From positions 2,016,001 through 2,080,000 of the forward strand of contig OY970176.1 of assembly GCA_963707955.1 (NCBI GenBank): a DNA stretch of 64,000 nucleotides. The letters are read 5' to 3'. Of the stretch, positions 18,767 to 29,588 are shown in pieces. The stretch comes from Candidatus Bathyarchaeota archaeon (GTDB taxonomy: Archaea > Thermoproteota > Bathyarchaeia > Bathyarchaeales > Bathycorpusculaceae). Position 1 is the stretch's first letter; every line of letters begins with the position of its first letter. The notes beneath the pieces are model-generated. The model was not told the DNA's origin, ran no database searches, and saw only the letters and a list, made by a program, of their open reading frames with translations. A program made the position numbers and the translations under genes.

Positions 18767-19489
18767 TCAATTCGAATCCATTGTCATTATTTCGTCGTAA
18801 TTCTGGTATAGCATTCTGTCAAATTCTATTCCCAAGATTCCAAGGGGTTTACAGACTTCTGTTAGAATGTCACTTTCAATCATGTCATAGGACTCGGGGG
18901 CACTTTCAAAGCCCTTTGGGGTTTTAATTCCTATTTTGTTCAGCACATTTCGTACTCGAACATCGAAGGCTATTGCGTTTTTCAGGAGGCCAAGTTCCAT
19001 CAAGAAGTCTCTGGCGCTTTTGCTTTTCAGAAACTGGAGTTCACTCATCAAACATTCTATTCTTTTCTTGTCAGCATCGGGTCCATTGAGTTCAGATAGT
19101 ATCTTTATGAATATCTTCGGGCCTCCTTTGTTCTGTAACGCTTTTAGATTATGTACCAACGCTCCAGTTTTCCTACACTTTGAGATAGAAGAGCTGGCAT
19201 AGCGTGTTCCAACTTTGCGCAGAACGCGATTTATTGTCCTCGCTTGATCAGCTTCTCGCATTTTGATGAGCTTTTCGTAAGCAACTTCATTTTGGAGCCG
19301 AGCATCCTTTTCGAATTTCTGAGCGGGAAGTGAATTGCCTACAGTGATTACCTGAGCAACCAAGTGCCACCAAACGTCATCGTCGTTCCAATCTTGCCAG
19401 TTATCCGCGGCAGGAACCTTTGTGTTGTTGTAGAAACGATCTTTTATCTCTTTGAACTTTCCTATCTGTTCCTGACTGATACGCAGCAT
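18767..19489 (-). CDS. HhH-superfamily DNA glycosylase-like protein (Ogg-like)
   Basis: KSARDFLMELG...AIAFDVRV...L..IG; YD.IE; EFDR.LY. Confidence 0.65.
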   Translation of the reverse strand: MLRISQEQIGKFKEIKDRFYNNTKVPAADNWQDWNDDDVWWHLVAQVITVGNSLPAQKFEKDARLQNEVAYEKLIKMREADQARTINRVLRKVGTRYASSSISKCRKTGALVHNLKALQNKGGPKIFIKILSELNGPDADKKRIECLMSELQFLKSKSARDFLMELGLLKNAIAFDVRVRNVLNKIGIKTPKGFESAPESYDMIESDILTEVCKPLGILGIEFDRMLYQNYDEIMTMDSN

Positions 19490-19741
19490 GCCGTTTCTCT
19501 ATACATCAAGTTCATATAAAATTGACGTGCATCTAGTGCACACGACGAGTAGCGCGCGCGTCAAAGTTGTGCAGTGACAGAAAATGTGGACAATGTCCAG
19601 TTGAAGATTTATGCGACAAAACAAAAGGGATAACGTTCAAGGAGAACACAGTCATTTGGAAAGGTGTCTAGTTGCGCGCGCGGCGCCAACGTCTTTATTC
19701 TTCTCCGCAAGGCACGCCAACATTGAGCGAGCACTCCTACA

Positions 19742-19894
19742 CTATTGCAAAATGCATTCTTTTCCATATTCTACTATCTCGACGCCATTACAGTAGTTCT
19801 TGAACAGTTGCGGGTTTTCAGTGTGCACCGGAAAGATCCGCTCAGGTTGGATGTAGTTGATCAAATCTACTAGCTGCTCTTTGTTTAGGTGTCC
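19742..19894 (-). pseudogene. 3' fragment of an MBL-fold/RNase J-like hydrolase
   Basis: GHLNKEQLVDLINYIQPERIFPVHTENPQLF...*; truncated next to the GCGCGCGC run at 19897. Confidence 0.7.
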
Positions 19895-19955
19895 TAGCGC
19901 GCGCTGTAATAACTTTTTTGCTATAAAATGTTATGCGTCGTCTATGCGTCGTTTG

Positions 19956-19984
19956 GGTTTGGGGATAAAACTTTACCCCAAACC
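19956..19984. repeat. Palindrome GGTTTGGGG-ATAAAACTTTA-CCCCAAACC
   Basis: Same 18-nt core as at 17861 and 37416. Confidence 0.8.
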
Positions 19985-20153
19985 GCGGGCGCCGCGCACT
20001 CATTGACAAGGGCTTGACATCAAGCTTGCGCTTATGTTACTTGATGAAAGCTAAATCCTTCGGCAAGGCGTGTTCTTAACATGTTCGGCTTCCATCAGGT
20101 CCATGGTTTCGCCGTTTGTCTTGAACAGCTGCCGACAGAAGCTAGGAGCGACC

Positions 20154-20615
20154 TTACAAGTCTCCCTTTGCGATGTGAGACATCTCGTGTTCTAAAATTT
20201 TGTCAAGAGCGTGATAAGGATTCTCCCTGATCAAGATAACATAATCCAAATCGACGAATCCTTCAGCGTTAAGAACACAGGCGTCAGTACCCTTGACCGA
20301 CAACAGCCTTCCCCATTCCTGTACCTCTCTTATCTCATCCTCTCTGCACCTTCTTGACTTTAGGATATGTTCAAAGTCGCGTTCTTCAAGCTGAAACGCA
20401 GCCACCTTCGGAAACGGTTTCGTCGTGAGCGTATTCCATATTGAGACTAGTCTGTTTCCAGGGATCACCTCCCCTCTGACCCTCATACCTTCAAATGTGA
20501 ACGCAACTGACATTAAATCTTCCACCTGGCGATGACGAGCCACTATTAGCTTTCGCAATCCCCAAAGGGATTGATCGACGCCCATGCTATGAACTGAGTA
20601 ACTTTCCTCTAACAT
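20154..20615 (-). CDS. Hypothetical protein with C-terminal HExxH (likely start near 20513)
   Basis: ILEHEMSHIA. Confidence 0.6.
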   Translation of the reverse strand: MLEESYSVHSMGVDQSLWGLRKLIVARHRQVEDLMSVAFTFEGMRVRGEVIPGNRLVSIWNTLTTKPFPKVAAFQLEERDFEHILKSRRCREDEIREVQEWGRLLSVKGTDACVLNAEGFVDLDYVILIRENPYHALDKILEHEMSHIAKGDL

Positions 20616-20891
20616 TTCTACATTTCGCCAGATAATGACCGAATCGAAGCAGCGCGCGCTATTGAAAGTGTAGGAAAAGCTTTAGCACGCGCGTCCATTA
20701 GACTATATAATAGGGTGGCCTCCTTTACTTATCAAGAAGACAGAGATTGTTCAACCACATCTCTGACACAATAGTCGTAAGAGTTCCAAGATAGCGTGGA
20801 CATTATAATGTTTCGAAGCTGAACTGTTTTTTCACCGCTCAATTCTGCAGGGGACTGCTCTTGCTTCGAGCTCAAACCAAACCTTTCGTAG

Positions 20892-21224
20892 CTATCTTTT
20901 GTGTCGTTCGATTCTTTCGTGTTTCTGCGTTTTCCTGCGCCATTCTCGTTTTTTCTGTGTTTTTATGAGAGTTCTACCGTGATATTGCTGAGTGTCTTCC
21001 GTCCTGTACTGACTTATATTTCTGTAGAAGGTCGGGTAGTCTATCTCATTTTTCTGAAGAGCAGTAATGTTCTGGTTCAACTGTTTCTTGGTTTCAGCGC
21101 TGGTGGCCTTGTCATAAGTGGTCGAGTACGTAAGATAGGCAGCATGGAACTGAAAGTCAGACGGGTTGTCGATCAACAACTTCTCCGGCGAAGCTGATTC
21201 CTTAGCACCAGGTTCTTCGATCAT
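20892..21224 (-). CDS. Hypothetical protein
   Basis: 110-aa ORF with basic C-terminus. Confidence 0.7.
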   Translation of the reverse strand: MIEEPGAKESASPEKLLIDNPSDFQFHAAYLTYSTTYDKATSAETKKQLNQNITALQKNEIDYPTFYRNISQYRTEDTQQYHGRTLIKTQKKREWRRKTQKHERIERHKR

Positions 21225-21518
21225 GGTTCTCCAAGCTTACTGATAGTTCCGAATACTGCGTCTGCTTTTTAAGGATAACGCACGTTAACGAAGCAAGCTA
21301 CACAGCGTGTGACTAGGACCCAAGCATTCTACGTTAGAAATGCAGGACGTTGAGAATACAAACAAGAACACAGCACGCAGCGCTGGCGCGCGCGACAGGC
21401 GTGTTAGACGGGCGAAAACGCGAAACACGGGGACATCAATGCACGCCGAAGATCGGCAAAACCTCGCAGCATCGAGAGAGAAAAAAGAGAAAAAAGAGAT
21501 ATTATGTTGTTAGCAAGC

Positions 21519-21683
21519 CTAGATCTTTCTCTTGCCCAGAGTTGACCTGAAAGACTTTCCGCAGTGTTCGAAGAGTCCGATCGTGAGCTCCGTCTTCTTG
21601 CCGGCTTTGTCAGCTCTGCCTGCCATCTTCCAAGTCTTCTTAGGAGTGCTAACTTCCTTTCCACATACGGGACATTTAGCCAT
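21519..21683 (-). CDS. cren7: Chromatin protein Cren7-like
   Basis: MAKCPVCGKEVSTPKKTWKMAG...IGLFEHCGKSFR matches the Cren7 P.K.W...IGLF...GK.FR pattern. Confidence 0.75.
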   Translation of the reverse strand: MAKCPVCGKEVSTPKKTWKMAGRADKAGKKTELTIGLFEHCGKSFRSTLGKRKI

Positions 21684-21775
21684 GGAAATCCCTTTTGAAT
21701 GATTACATGCCATGAGCATAAAACACTTTCCATTGCTCGCTAACCCCGACCTATTCCAACGAGCCCACATGGTCT

Positions 21776-22528
21776 TCACTTTTTCGGCCGAATCTCTCCG
21801 GCAAACTCTGGAAAAACCCTGCACAATTCACAAATGTCCTTGACTATTAAGTCCGGTTTCGTGTGACTTTCACGTAGGTTCTCAAGAGTGTAGAACTGTG
21901 AGGGGACAAAAATCGTTCCCATCCCAGCCGCAGCTCCGCCTCCTATGTCTTCAACCGGGCTGTCCCCAACGTAAACCGTCTCTTCAGCCTTCACTCCTAG
22001 TCTCCGCAACGCTTCTTGAAAGATCCTCCTGTTAGGCTTACGCCAGCCAACGTCTTCCGACACTAAGACAGCACTGAAGAACCTGTTCACGCCCAGTTTT
22101 CTCAAGGCAGCGTAGATCACCGGTGCATACGTGAAGTTGGAGATCAAACCCAACTTGTAGCGCTTCGAAAGTCGGACTGACATCCGCCTCGCGCAAGGGT
22201 TCAGCTCAAGCGAAGTCAAATAGTCCTCAAAGAAAACGTTAACCGCCGTTTTCACACGTGCGTCCGCTGGACTCGTTTTGAACTCCAGACAGTTCAGCGC
22301 GTCCGAGATCCAGACGCCGTTTGTGACCTCAATAAGCTCTTCATAGCGTATCAAACGGTATTTTTCGTGCGCACGGCTGTACGCGCTGAGAAAGTCTTCT
22401 TTATCCACGCTGAAGCCCGCTTCAACTATTGCTTTGTACAGCTTCAGCGTCGAAGCTTCCAGACTGTAGTTCTTGACGCTGGTCAAAGTGCCGATGAAGT
22501 CGAAGACGACCGCTTTGATGTCAGCCAA
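21776..22528 (-). CDS. HAD-superfamily hydrolase
   Basis: AVVFDFIGTL, ISNF, RKP, YVGDS..EDI. Confidence 0.92.
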   Translation of the reverse strand: MADIKAVVFDFIGTLTSVKNYSLEASTLKLYKAIVEAGFSVDKEDFLSAYSRAHEKYRLIRYEELIEVTNGVWISDALNCLEFKTSPADARVKTAVNVFFEDYLTSLELNPCARRMSVRLSKRYKLGLISNFTYAPVIYAALRKLGVNRFFSAVLVSEDVGWRKPNRRIFQEALRRLGVKAEETVYVGDSPVEDIGGGAAAGMGTIFVPSQFYTLENLRESHTKPDLIVKDICELCRVFPEFAGEIRPKK

Positions 22529-22637
22529 TTCTCAGTCCTTCTTCGCTTGGGAGGCTACTAACGCCCATGAAATGCCGATTCTCAAATAATAAAATTCTCC
22601 CATAGACAGCACTGAGTAGACGACAAACCTTCGTGAA

Positions 22638-23321
22638 TCATTCAGGACCACGCTTCGGCTTCAACTGGCCATCCTGCATCGTGTAAACAAGGTCTGCCGC
22701 GTCGACTATCTTTTCATCATGCGTAGCCACCACCACCGTCGTCTTCTCTCGTTCATTGATGTCCTGAAGAAGACTGATGATTTCTTTAGCCGTTGCTGAG
22801 TCAAGTTCCCCTGTGGGTTCGTCGGCGATGATTATTTCGGGCTTGTTCGCGAGAGCCCTTGCTATCGCCACACGTTGCATCTCGCCCATACTCAACTGTT
22901 TGGGCCTGTGGTCCTGTCTGCGTGCCAGTCCCACGGTCTCAAGAAGCTTCATTGCTCTTTCCCGCTGCTCTTTTTGGGACTTGTCGACCAGTGCCATAGG
23001 CAACTCAACGTTCTCCAAAGCGCTGAGCGTGGGAAAAAGATTGAAAGTTTGAAAAACGAACCCGATACGCGCACTGCGGATCTTTCTGCGCTTACTGCCA
23101 GATAGTTGTGAGGTGTCAGAATCATCGATGAAGACTTCCCCAGAAGTTGGATAATCATTCAGTCCGATGAGATTCAGCAGTGTAGATTTACCTGAGCCCG
23201 ACGGTCCGATGACGGTGACCAGCTTTGGTTCATTGATTTGCAAGTTCACAGCTTTGACGGCTGTTATTTCGGATGAGCCTACTCGAAACGATCTTGTCAG
23301 GTTCACCGTTCGGATCTTCAT
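22638..23321 (-). CDS. ABC transporter ATP-binding protein (LolD/MacB-type)
   Basis: GPSGSGKST, GFVFQ.FNL, LSMGEMQRVAIARAL, ADEPTG.LD, THD. Confidence 0.93.
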   Translation of the reverse strand: MKIRTVNLTRSFRVGSSEITAVKAVNLQINEPKLVTVIGPSGSGKSTLLNLIGLNDYPTSGEVFIDDSDTSQLSGSKRRKIRSARIGFVFQTFNLFPTLSALENVELPMALVDKSQKEQRERAMKLLETVGLARRQDHRPKQLSMGEMQRVAIARALANKPEIIIADEPTGELDSATAKEIISLLQDINEREKTTVVVATHDEKIVDAADLVYTMQDGQLKPKRGPE

Positions 23322-24499
23322 CAGTATTCCGCTCTTAGAACTTCGGCTATCCTCATCCTCATGGCGTTTGCCGCAGGAATTACCCCACCGACGCAGCATA
23401 TGCCGACGATAGCTGCAAACATTTCCAACATGTAAAGCGGTGGCACGATCTCAAAGATGCTGGGAAAGAAAAGTGCAATGGGAATGCTCGTGTAGAGGCT
23501 TGCCAAAACGATGGCTCCCAGTGAACCGAAGGCTATTCCGATAACGCCGCCTAGCACACCGATCAGGGAAGTCTCTATGATTACCACTCGAAACACGTAG
23601 CTCGCCGGAGCTCCCATAGCATCTAGGGTTGCAAAGTCGCGGCGCCTCTCCGACACACTCATGACCGTGACAGTCATGACTAGGATCAGGCTGATGGTGA
23701 AGACGACTGCTTCGGTGCCGATGGTCCAAGTCTGCAGCTGCTCCAGAATGGGCTGAATGATATCGTTCCTCTGAGTCTCCGTCAAAGCATTGACGTAATC
23801 TATTTTTTTATCAATGGCCTCGGTCAAGTTCTGCTCGGGCACGTTTTGAACAGGTTTGACCGCAATTATGTTTACCATTTGCGGATAATCGTAAACGCTT
23901 TGCGCCAGTTTGAGAGGCATGACCAAACAGCGATTCAACAGGGCCATCTTCGTGTCCAAAACGCCAGAAACGCGTAACCCGTAGCCGTTCAGTTCTATCA
24001 CCGTGCCCACAGTCCAACCATATTGATCCGCTATAGAAGCGCCGGCCACGATTTCGCTGCTTGAATCGTTTGCCGGAAGATGTCCGTTTCCCCTCAGCGC
24101 TATGGGTCCAAGTGCAAGCTCCCAATCTTCAACGGGGATTCCCATCGTAAAGTTTACGGGCACAGGCTGAAGCAGCGCCTGAGATCCAACCGATGTGATA
24201 AACAGCACTGGAGTCACGGCACTCACCCCTGGAATACCGTTTATTTCTTCAACTGTTTGTTCTTGGGGCAACATGCCGCCGCCGATGGGAATCGCCTGAA
24301 TCACGATAGCATCTTTGCTCACCACCGTGACTTGGCCATTGAAAAGCACGTCCATCTCTTGTATCACCGTTGCATATCGCATGCTGGTGGCGCCAACGGC
24401 GATCACGAATGTTGCCGCAATCGCAACCCCTAGGATGCACAGTGCTGTTCTAATTTTTCTTCGAAAGAGATTTCTGAAGCAGAACGTAAGTAGCCGCGT
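23321..24499 (-). CDS. ABC transporter permease (FtsX/MacB-type); N-terminus extends beyond the track start at 24406
   Basis: FRNLFRRKIRTALCILGVAIA N-terminus; MSVSERRRDFATL.AMGA; IAEVLRAE. Confidence 0.88.
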   Translation of the reverse strand, partial: TRLLTFCFRNLFRRKIRTALCILGVAIAATFVIAVGATSMRYATVIQEMDVLFNGQVTVVSKDAIVIQAIPIGGGMLPQEQTVEEINGIPGVSAVTPVLFITSVGSQALLQPVPVNFTMGIPVEDWELALGPIALRGNGHLPANDSSSEIVAGASIADQYGWTVGTVIELNGYGLRVSGVLDTKMALLNRCLVMPLKLAQSVYDYPQMVNIIAVKPVQNVPEQNLTEAIDKKIDYVNALTETQRNDIIQPILEQLQTWTIGTEAVVFTISLILVMTVTVMSVSERRRDFATLDAMGAPASYVFRVVIIETSLIGVLGGVIGIAFGSLGAIVLASLYTSIPIALFFPSIFEIVPPLYMLEMFAAIVGICCVGGVIPAANAMRMRIAEVLRAEY

Positions 24500-24597
24500 T
24501 TACGATCCCCTAGGCGGTTAGTCTCGCGTGAAAACTATATAAGCATTGACAACGGATGATTATGCCGCTAAGTGAAAATTGAAATGGAGAAAAGAAA

Positions 24598-27500
24598 ATG
24601 AAAATTACTAAGAAAATCTTGAGTTCAACGGCTTTGTTTCTCTTGTTGATTTCAACATTCACAGTGATATCTAGATCATACGTAGCTGCGCGCGATATGC
24701 CTGAAGCAACCTTGACTGGCACCATTTTTGACCATGGTGTTGACACTAATGGCAACGGCCTGTATGATTACTTAGAGGTCGATGTGGAAATCAACGTGAC
24801 TGTTGCAGGAAACTTTCAGGTGACAATCAGTGGGCTTTTCGACCAGTCTTTTAACTACATATCCGTCTATAATAGTAATCAAGGCGACCTTGCCGCTGGC
24901 ATTCAATATCTAAACGTGTCCTTGTTCGGTCCAGCTATTTTCAGCTCTGGCTTAAATCCACAAGAAATCAGTTATATCACGTTATACACGGGATCCTACA
25001 TTCTAGGCTATATGTACGACGTACAATTGTCGAGAGTCTACAACTTTTCTGAATTTGATCCTCCTGGTGCCCTCTTGACGGGACACATTTCGGACATGGG
25101 CGTTGACACTGATGGCGACCACCTCTTCAATTATCTTGCAGTCGGAGTAGAAATCAACGTGACGGGAGCTGGAGAATACCAGGTCAGTGCCGAGGGGTTA
25201 ATGGAAGACCCTGTAACCGTGACGAAATCCTTGATCGATTACGAGTCTGAAACTGGAAACTTTACTGTCGGCCTTCACACGGTTTACCTGAATTTTTCAG
25301 GTCCAGAAATCGCTTTTGACCAGTTGAACCCGAACGAGCTATACTTCATAAACGTATACGATGTCTTAAATAACTATTTGACAAGCCACCTTGATTCTGC
25401 ACCTCTTTCGATGCGGTACAACTACACACTTTTCAACGCGCCTTCAAGAGACATTCAACTCAACTTCAAAGTCTATCCAAACGCCACGGTCGCAGTGGAC
25501 GGAGCATTCAACTACACACACATGTACCCAGAGAACACGTCCGTGTCACAAATGAACGCCACAATGGGCTTTTCAACGAGCGGGAACGTGACAACAGAGA
25601 CATCCAGCGGCACCGTGGTTCTTCCAAACAACCCATCTTTCAACTACAACGCAACTGAAGCACACGCCCGCTCATCATACGAGAATGGGGTCGAAAGCGA
25701 CACTCTCAACGACTCGACGATCTTGCCTCCGGAAGTGGCTGGGATCTACCCGTTCAACACAACGGACGCTAGTCTTACCGCTGCATATAATCACGGCCTG
25801 TTTGACGTGGCCATCACAGGGTCAACGGTGATGCCCAGCAGTTACACTAGCTCCATTTTCGGCACCATGTACAGCACTATTCTTCCACTTAACATGTCCG
25901 ACGTCACGGTTCGCGCAGATTTCGACGGAACAAACGTCATAGGAAACATCACTTTCCACGCGATCGGAGGATTTCCACTTGCCGACGTCAGGCTAGACTT
26001 CAGCGGCAACAGAAGCAACCTCTCCTTCACAGGCGACGTCAACGTCACTTATGGGAACTATAACGGTGTTGAAATAAACGAAACCACGATAGACCAAGCG
26101 CTCACCATATTTGACAACTTCACTGGACAAGGGCCGGGTTCCCTCTACAACATGACTGGGGGTTATCTGGAATGCACGCAGGTGAGCGTCACCAAAATTC
26201 CATGGTCAGACCCAACGCTTGGCGCAGACATCACGTTCAGCGCTACCGTCAACGGAAGCTTCACAGGAGCTATAGCCTACATGGTATTTCCGCCGGGGCT
26301 TACAGATGATTATCTGCAGAATTTAGCACACGCCTCCTTGGAGTCAGCGGCCTCTTCGGTTAGAAACGCTTCTTTAACACTCAACTATTATCATAGCTCA
26401 GGAATCGCAGACGTAGACATACGATTGACGAGTGATGTGCAAGGCCTGTGCAACAGCCTTCTTGTCTCGGTGCCCCCCGCGATACCTAGTCCTTGGGCTT
26501 CATATGAAACGCAGATCGAAACTTGGCTTAAGATCGCAAACGCCACGGCCCACGAGCTTACGAGTGCAGGTTTGAACGCGTCCTATTCGAGCGCCGAAGG
26601 GAAGATTTCTCTTAACGCGTGGCTCTCAGCCAATGCAAGGCAGCTTAAGAACGACATCCTTTCATTTTTGCCAGATGCGGTGCCGTCAAGCATGCATGAC
26701 CTCTTCGAATCCTTCTTCAACGCAACGCCTTACTGCACCTTGTCTTCTTCAACTGAAACGTTCGATATGGTTAATGGAGTGGCGACCTTTGGTTCAACCG
26801 AGACTCTTCAGGGCGATTTCGAAGCTGAACTGAACCGCGACAAGAGTTTCTTGTTGGAAGCAACGAGTTCATTGTTACTTTCAGCGCCACCTTCAGCGCC
26901 ATTGCCATGGGAGCTTAATCTGCTCAACGAGACTGACATAGACATCAACAACTTCCAAGCACAATTCAAGGTTGGACAAGACTCGATTAACGGGAGCTTC
27001 AGCGGGCTGATTCTCAAACCTCAGGCCGACAACATAGATTCCGTAAGGTTCAAACTCGAAAAGTGGCTGAACCTGACGAATAACGCGGAGGCGCCGCCGC
27101 TTGAATTTGACAAACTCTCAGTCATAATCACCGGAGAGTCAAACGCCAACCAGACGGTTCTGCTCAGCCAGCCATCCGACGTGCCGAACCCAGACAGCAT
27201 ATCCGGAGACTACAGGAGCATGGCTTGGAACAACGTCTCTCTCAGCAGCCTGCAAGACCTGATGTTTCTAGAAGCCTACCAAGAACAAGTCAGTTACCGC
27301 GGAGGAACGTACCCCATTCCGATATTCACAAACTCTACAGTAACCAACTTTGCCTTCGACGCCAGCGCCAAACAGATAACGTTCAACGTCACCGGACCAG
27401 CAGACACGCTAGGGTTCTGCAACGTGACAATCCCAAGAAACCTGCTCAACGCAACCGCACTTAGTGATTGGGTCGTCGTGCTCGATGGAAAAACCTTAAC

Positions 27501-27756
27501 TTCGGAAGAGTTCAACATAACACAAAACGATGATTACGTGTTCGTGTACCTGAACTACACCCACTCAGAACATCAAATATCCATCATCGGCACAGTCGTA
27601 CTCGCAGAGTTTCAACCAGACATTCTGCCACTCGTCCTAGCAATTTCAACCCTCATCGCAGCCATAGTAACCTTCAAACAAAGAAGAAAACTCGAACCCT
27701 TGAAAGCCAAATGCCGTCAAGCCTTGAGTATGCTTTCATCAAAGCCGAGAAGCTGA
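24598..27756 (+). CDS. Large secreted/surface glycoprotein with C-terminal membrane anchor
   Basis: Signal peptide; two D.GVDT.G..L..YL.V.VEINVT repeats; many NxS/T sequons; EF.P, TM helix and basic tail. Confidence 0.85.
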   Translation: MKITKKILSSTALFLLLISTFTVISRSYVAARDMPEATLTGTIFDHGVDTNGNGLYDYLEVDVEINVTVAGNFQVTISGLFDQSFNYISVYNSNQGDLAAGIQYLNVSLFGPAIFSSGLNPQEISYITLYTGSYILGYMYDVQLSRVYNFSEFDPPGALLTGHISDMGVDTDGDHLFNYLAVGVEINVTGAGEYQVSAEGLMEDPVTVTKSLIDYESETGNFTVGLHTVYLNFSGPEIAFDQLNPNELYFINVYDVLNNYLTSHLDSAPLSMRYNYTLFNAPSRDIQLNFKVYPNATVAVDGAFNYTHMYPENTSVSQMNATMGFSTSGNVTTETSSGTVVLPNNPSFNYNATEAHARSSYENGVESDTLNDSTILPPEVAGIYPFNTTDASLTAAYNHGLFDVAITGSTVMPSSYTSSIFGTMYSTILPLNMSDVTVRADFDGTNVIGNITFHAIGGFPLADVRLDFSGNRSNLSFTGDVNVTYGNYNGVEINETTIDQALTIFDNFTGQGPGSLYNMTGGYLECTQVSVTKIPWSDPTLGADITFSATVNGSFTGAIAYMVFPPGLTDDYLQNLAHASLESAASSVRNASLTLNYYHSSGIADVDIRLTSDVQGLCNSLLVSVPPAIPSPWASYETQIETWLKIANATAHELTSAGLNASYSSAEGKISLNAWLSANARQLKNDILSFLPDAVPSSMHDLFESFFNATPYCTLSSSTETFDMVNGVATFGSTETLQGDFEAELNRDKSFLLEATSSLLLSAPPSAPLPWELNLLNETDIDINNFQAQFKVGQDSINGSFSGLILKPQADNIDSVRFKLEKWLNLTNNAEAPPLEFDKLSVIITGESNANQTVLLSQPSDVPNPDSISGDYRSMAWNNVSLSSLQDLMFLEAYQEQVSYRGGTYPIPIFTNSTVTNFAFDASAKQITFNVTGPADTLGFCNVTIPRNLLNATALSDWVVVLDGKTLTSEEFNITQNDDYVFVYLNYTHSEHQISIIGTVVLAEFQPDILPLVLAISTLIAAIVTFKQRRKLEPLKAKCRQALSMLSSKPRS

Positions 27757-27897
27757 CTCCTCTTTTCCCTCTTTTTGTCGCGAATGAACCTTTGAACTAC
27801 CGTGCCTGGTAGCACGGATGTCGTACGCAGTAATCGATCAAGGTTTGAATGTTGTTTACTGTGGGCCGTCGAAATGTTAACTTGCTGTTTTCAATTT

Positions 27898-28677
27898 TCA
27901 TTCTTTTCTTTTCCTGCTTCGCTGACCCCTCAATCCAGTGTGTGCCTGGGTTTCTAGGATTTTTGAGCATAAATACTTCACCTTGTCGGCAAGTGTGGTT
28001 TGCAGAAGTTTGTCTGGGTGGCCTATCGCAGCTTCCAATTCTGAATCATAGGGAATTTCTTCAAGAAACTTTAAGCCCAGCTTTTGAGTTTCCTGCTGTA
28101 TCGTGTTTGAGTCGTTCATCTTCATGTTTTCCACGACGCCCAAGACTGGAACTCTGAGCGCCCGCAGCAGGGTGGCTAGCTTCTTGACCGTTTCAAAAGC
28201 CAGTCTTGAAGGAGTCGTGACTATCAGGAATTCTATGTTGTTTATGAACCTGACCGCGTCGAGTGTTGCGTCGCCGATTCCGGGCGGCATGTCCAAAACG
28301 AGGTAGTTCAGCTTTCCCCATCTGGTTGTTGACAGCAGTTCTACGAGTGCGTTTGAAACGTCTTCGCCCCGCAGCGGAGTGGCCAGGTCATGTGAATAGT
28401 ACGTTATGGACATGTACTTCAAGCCGTGAACCTTAGGCGGAACGATGCCCTTGTTCTCTTTCGGTCGCTCGCCTCTTATGCCCAGAATCGTATGGGTGGA
28501 CGGACTTGTGAAATCCAAATCGAAAAGGCCAACTGTGTAGCCCTTTTTTGCGAGGCTCAGAGCAAGCGTTGAGGCGATTAGGCTCTTTCCGACGCCGCCT
28601 TTTCCGCTGGACACGGCGATGATCGCGTCTATTTCCTTCATCCTCTCGTTTATGATGCTGATTCGCGGGTCAGCCAT
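27898..28677 (-). CDS. Mrp/NBP35 family ATP-binding protein
   Basis: SGKGGVGKS, DLDF..PS, WG.L.YLVLDMPPG.GD, GVVENM. Confidence 0.92.
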   Translation of the reverse strand: MADPRISIINERMKEIDAIIAVSSGKGGVGKSLIASTLALSLAKKGYTVGLFDLDFTSPSTHTILGIRGERPKENKGIVPPKVHGLKYMSITYYSHDLATPLRGEDVSNALVELLSTTRWGKLNYLVLDMPPGIGDATLDAVRFINNIEFLIVTTPSRLAFETVKKLATLLRALRVPVLGVVENMKMNDSNTIQQETQKLGLKFLEEIPYDSELEAAIGHPDKLLQTTLADKVKYLCSKILETQAHTGLRGQRSRKRKE

Positions 28678-28678
28678 T

Positions 28679-29077
28679 CTACTTCACTCCTCTGACGGTT
28701 TGAAGCCACACTCCGCGTCCCTGCTCTATCTCAAAGTCTGGGCTGGCACAGTTTGGACATTTGATGTACGCGTGCGCGATCTCTGGAACAAAGTGTATTG
28801 CCTCCAACGTGGCTTGGTCCAGGTTTTTCGTTCGAAAAACCCAGGTGTGACCGCACACTCGACACTTCAACCGTGCTTTTTCGGTTTCCACGTCGAATCT
28901 CGCTCTCTTGAATTTTGCCGTCTTGAGCTGTGACAGGGCAAATTCTAGTATGGCTCTTTCTACTTGCTGCAGCTCGCCAACCCTTACTGTCACCTGGGTG
29001 ACCTGCTTCAATCCTTCCCTCTCTGCTATCTCAGAGGCCGCCGTGATCACGGCTTCGGCCAACGCCCATTCATGCAT
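28679..29077 (-). CDS. hypA: Hydrogenase nickel incorporation protein HypA
   Basis: MHEWALA, VGELQ, CRVCG...CPNC. Confidence 0.95.
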   Translation of the reverse strand: MHEWALAEAVITAASEIAEREGLKQVTQVTVRVGELQQVERAILEFALSQLKTAKFKRARFDVETEKARLKCRVCGHTWVFRTKNLDQATLEAIHFVPEIAHAYIKCPNCASPDFEIEQGRGVWLQTVRGVK

Positions 29078-29198
29078 AGGGGAGCCTTCACTGAAGGCTG
29101 ATTTAAGAGTGTTGTAACCTGAAGAGCCTGCAAGAGCGTACGGTCAAGCTGCTTTCAAGCCAGATCAGATATATACTCCCAGGTTTGAATGAGCCTCC

Positions 29199-29588
29199 AT
29201 GCGTGAGGAAAGGAATGCTCCGGAAAAGGCTTCTGACCTCGAGTTCAGAGCATCAGTGGTGCAGCTGATCTTGAACGGGAAGGTCGAGGCAGCCTTGGGA
29301 CTCCTTGCGGAACAGTACAACGTCGATTTACCTCGCATAAGAGTGGGGTTGCCTGGCCGTCACAGAAAAAACACTCTTGGCTGCTACACGGCGAAGAACC
29401 AGACTATAACCGTTCTGAACAGTGACACGCTTAAGGAACCAGCTGTGGTCCTGCACGAGTTTTATCATCACCTGCGCACCTCGATAGATAAGAAGCACAG
29501 GGGAACAGAAAAGTACGCAGGTGAGTTCGCTATGGAATTCATCGAAGCATACGTATCCTCAATCGCGGACAAGAATCAGCGCCTATGA
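29199..29588 (+). CDS. Small HExxH metallopeptidase-like protein
   Basis: LGCY...VVLHEFYHHL...E..A..FA. Confidence 0.7.
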   Translation: MREERNAPEKASDLEFRASVVQLILNGKVEAALGLLAEQYNVDLPRIRVGLPGRHRKNTLGCYTAKNQTITVLNSDTLKEPAVVLHEFYHHLRTSIDKKHRGTEKYAGEFAMEFIEAYVSSIADKNQRL

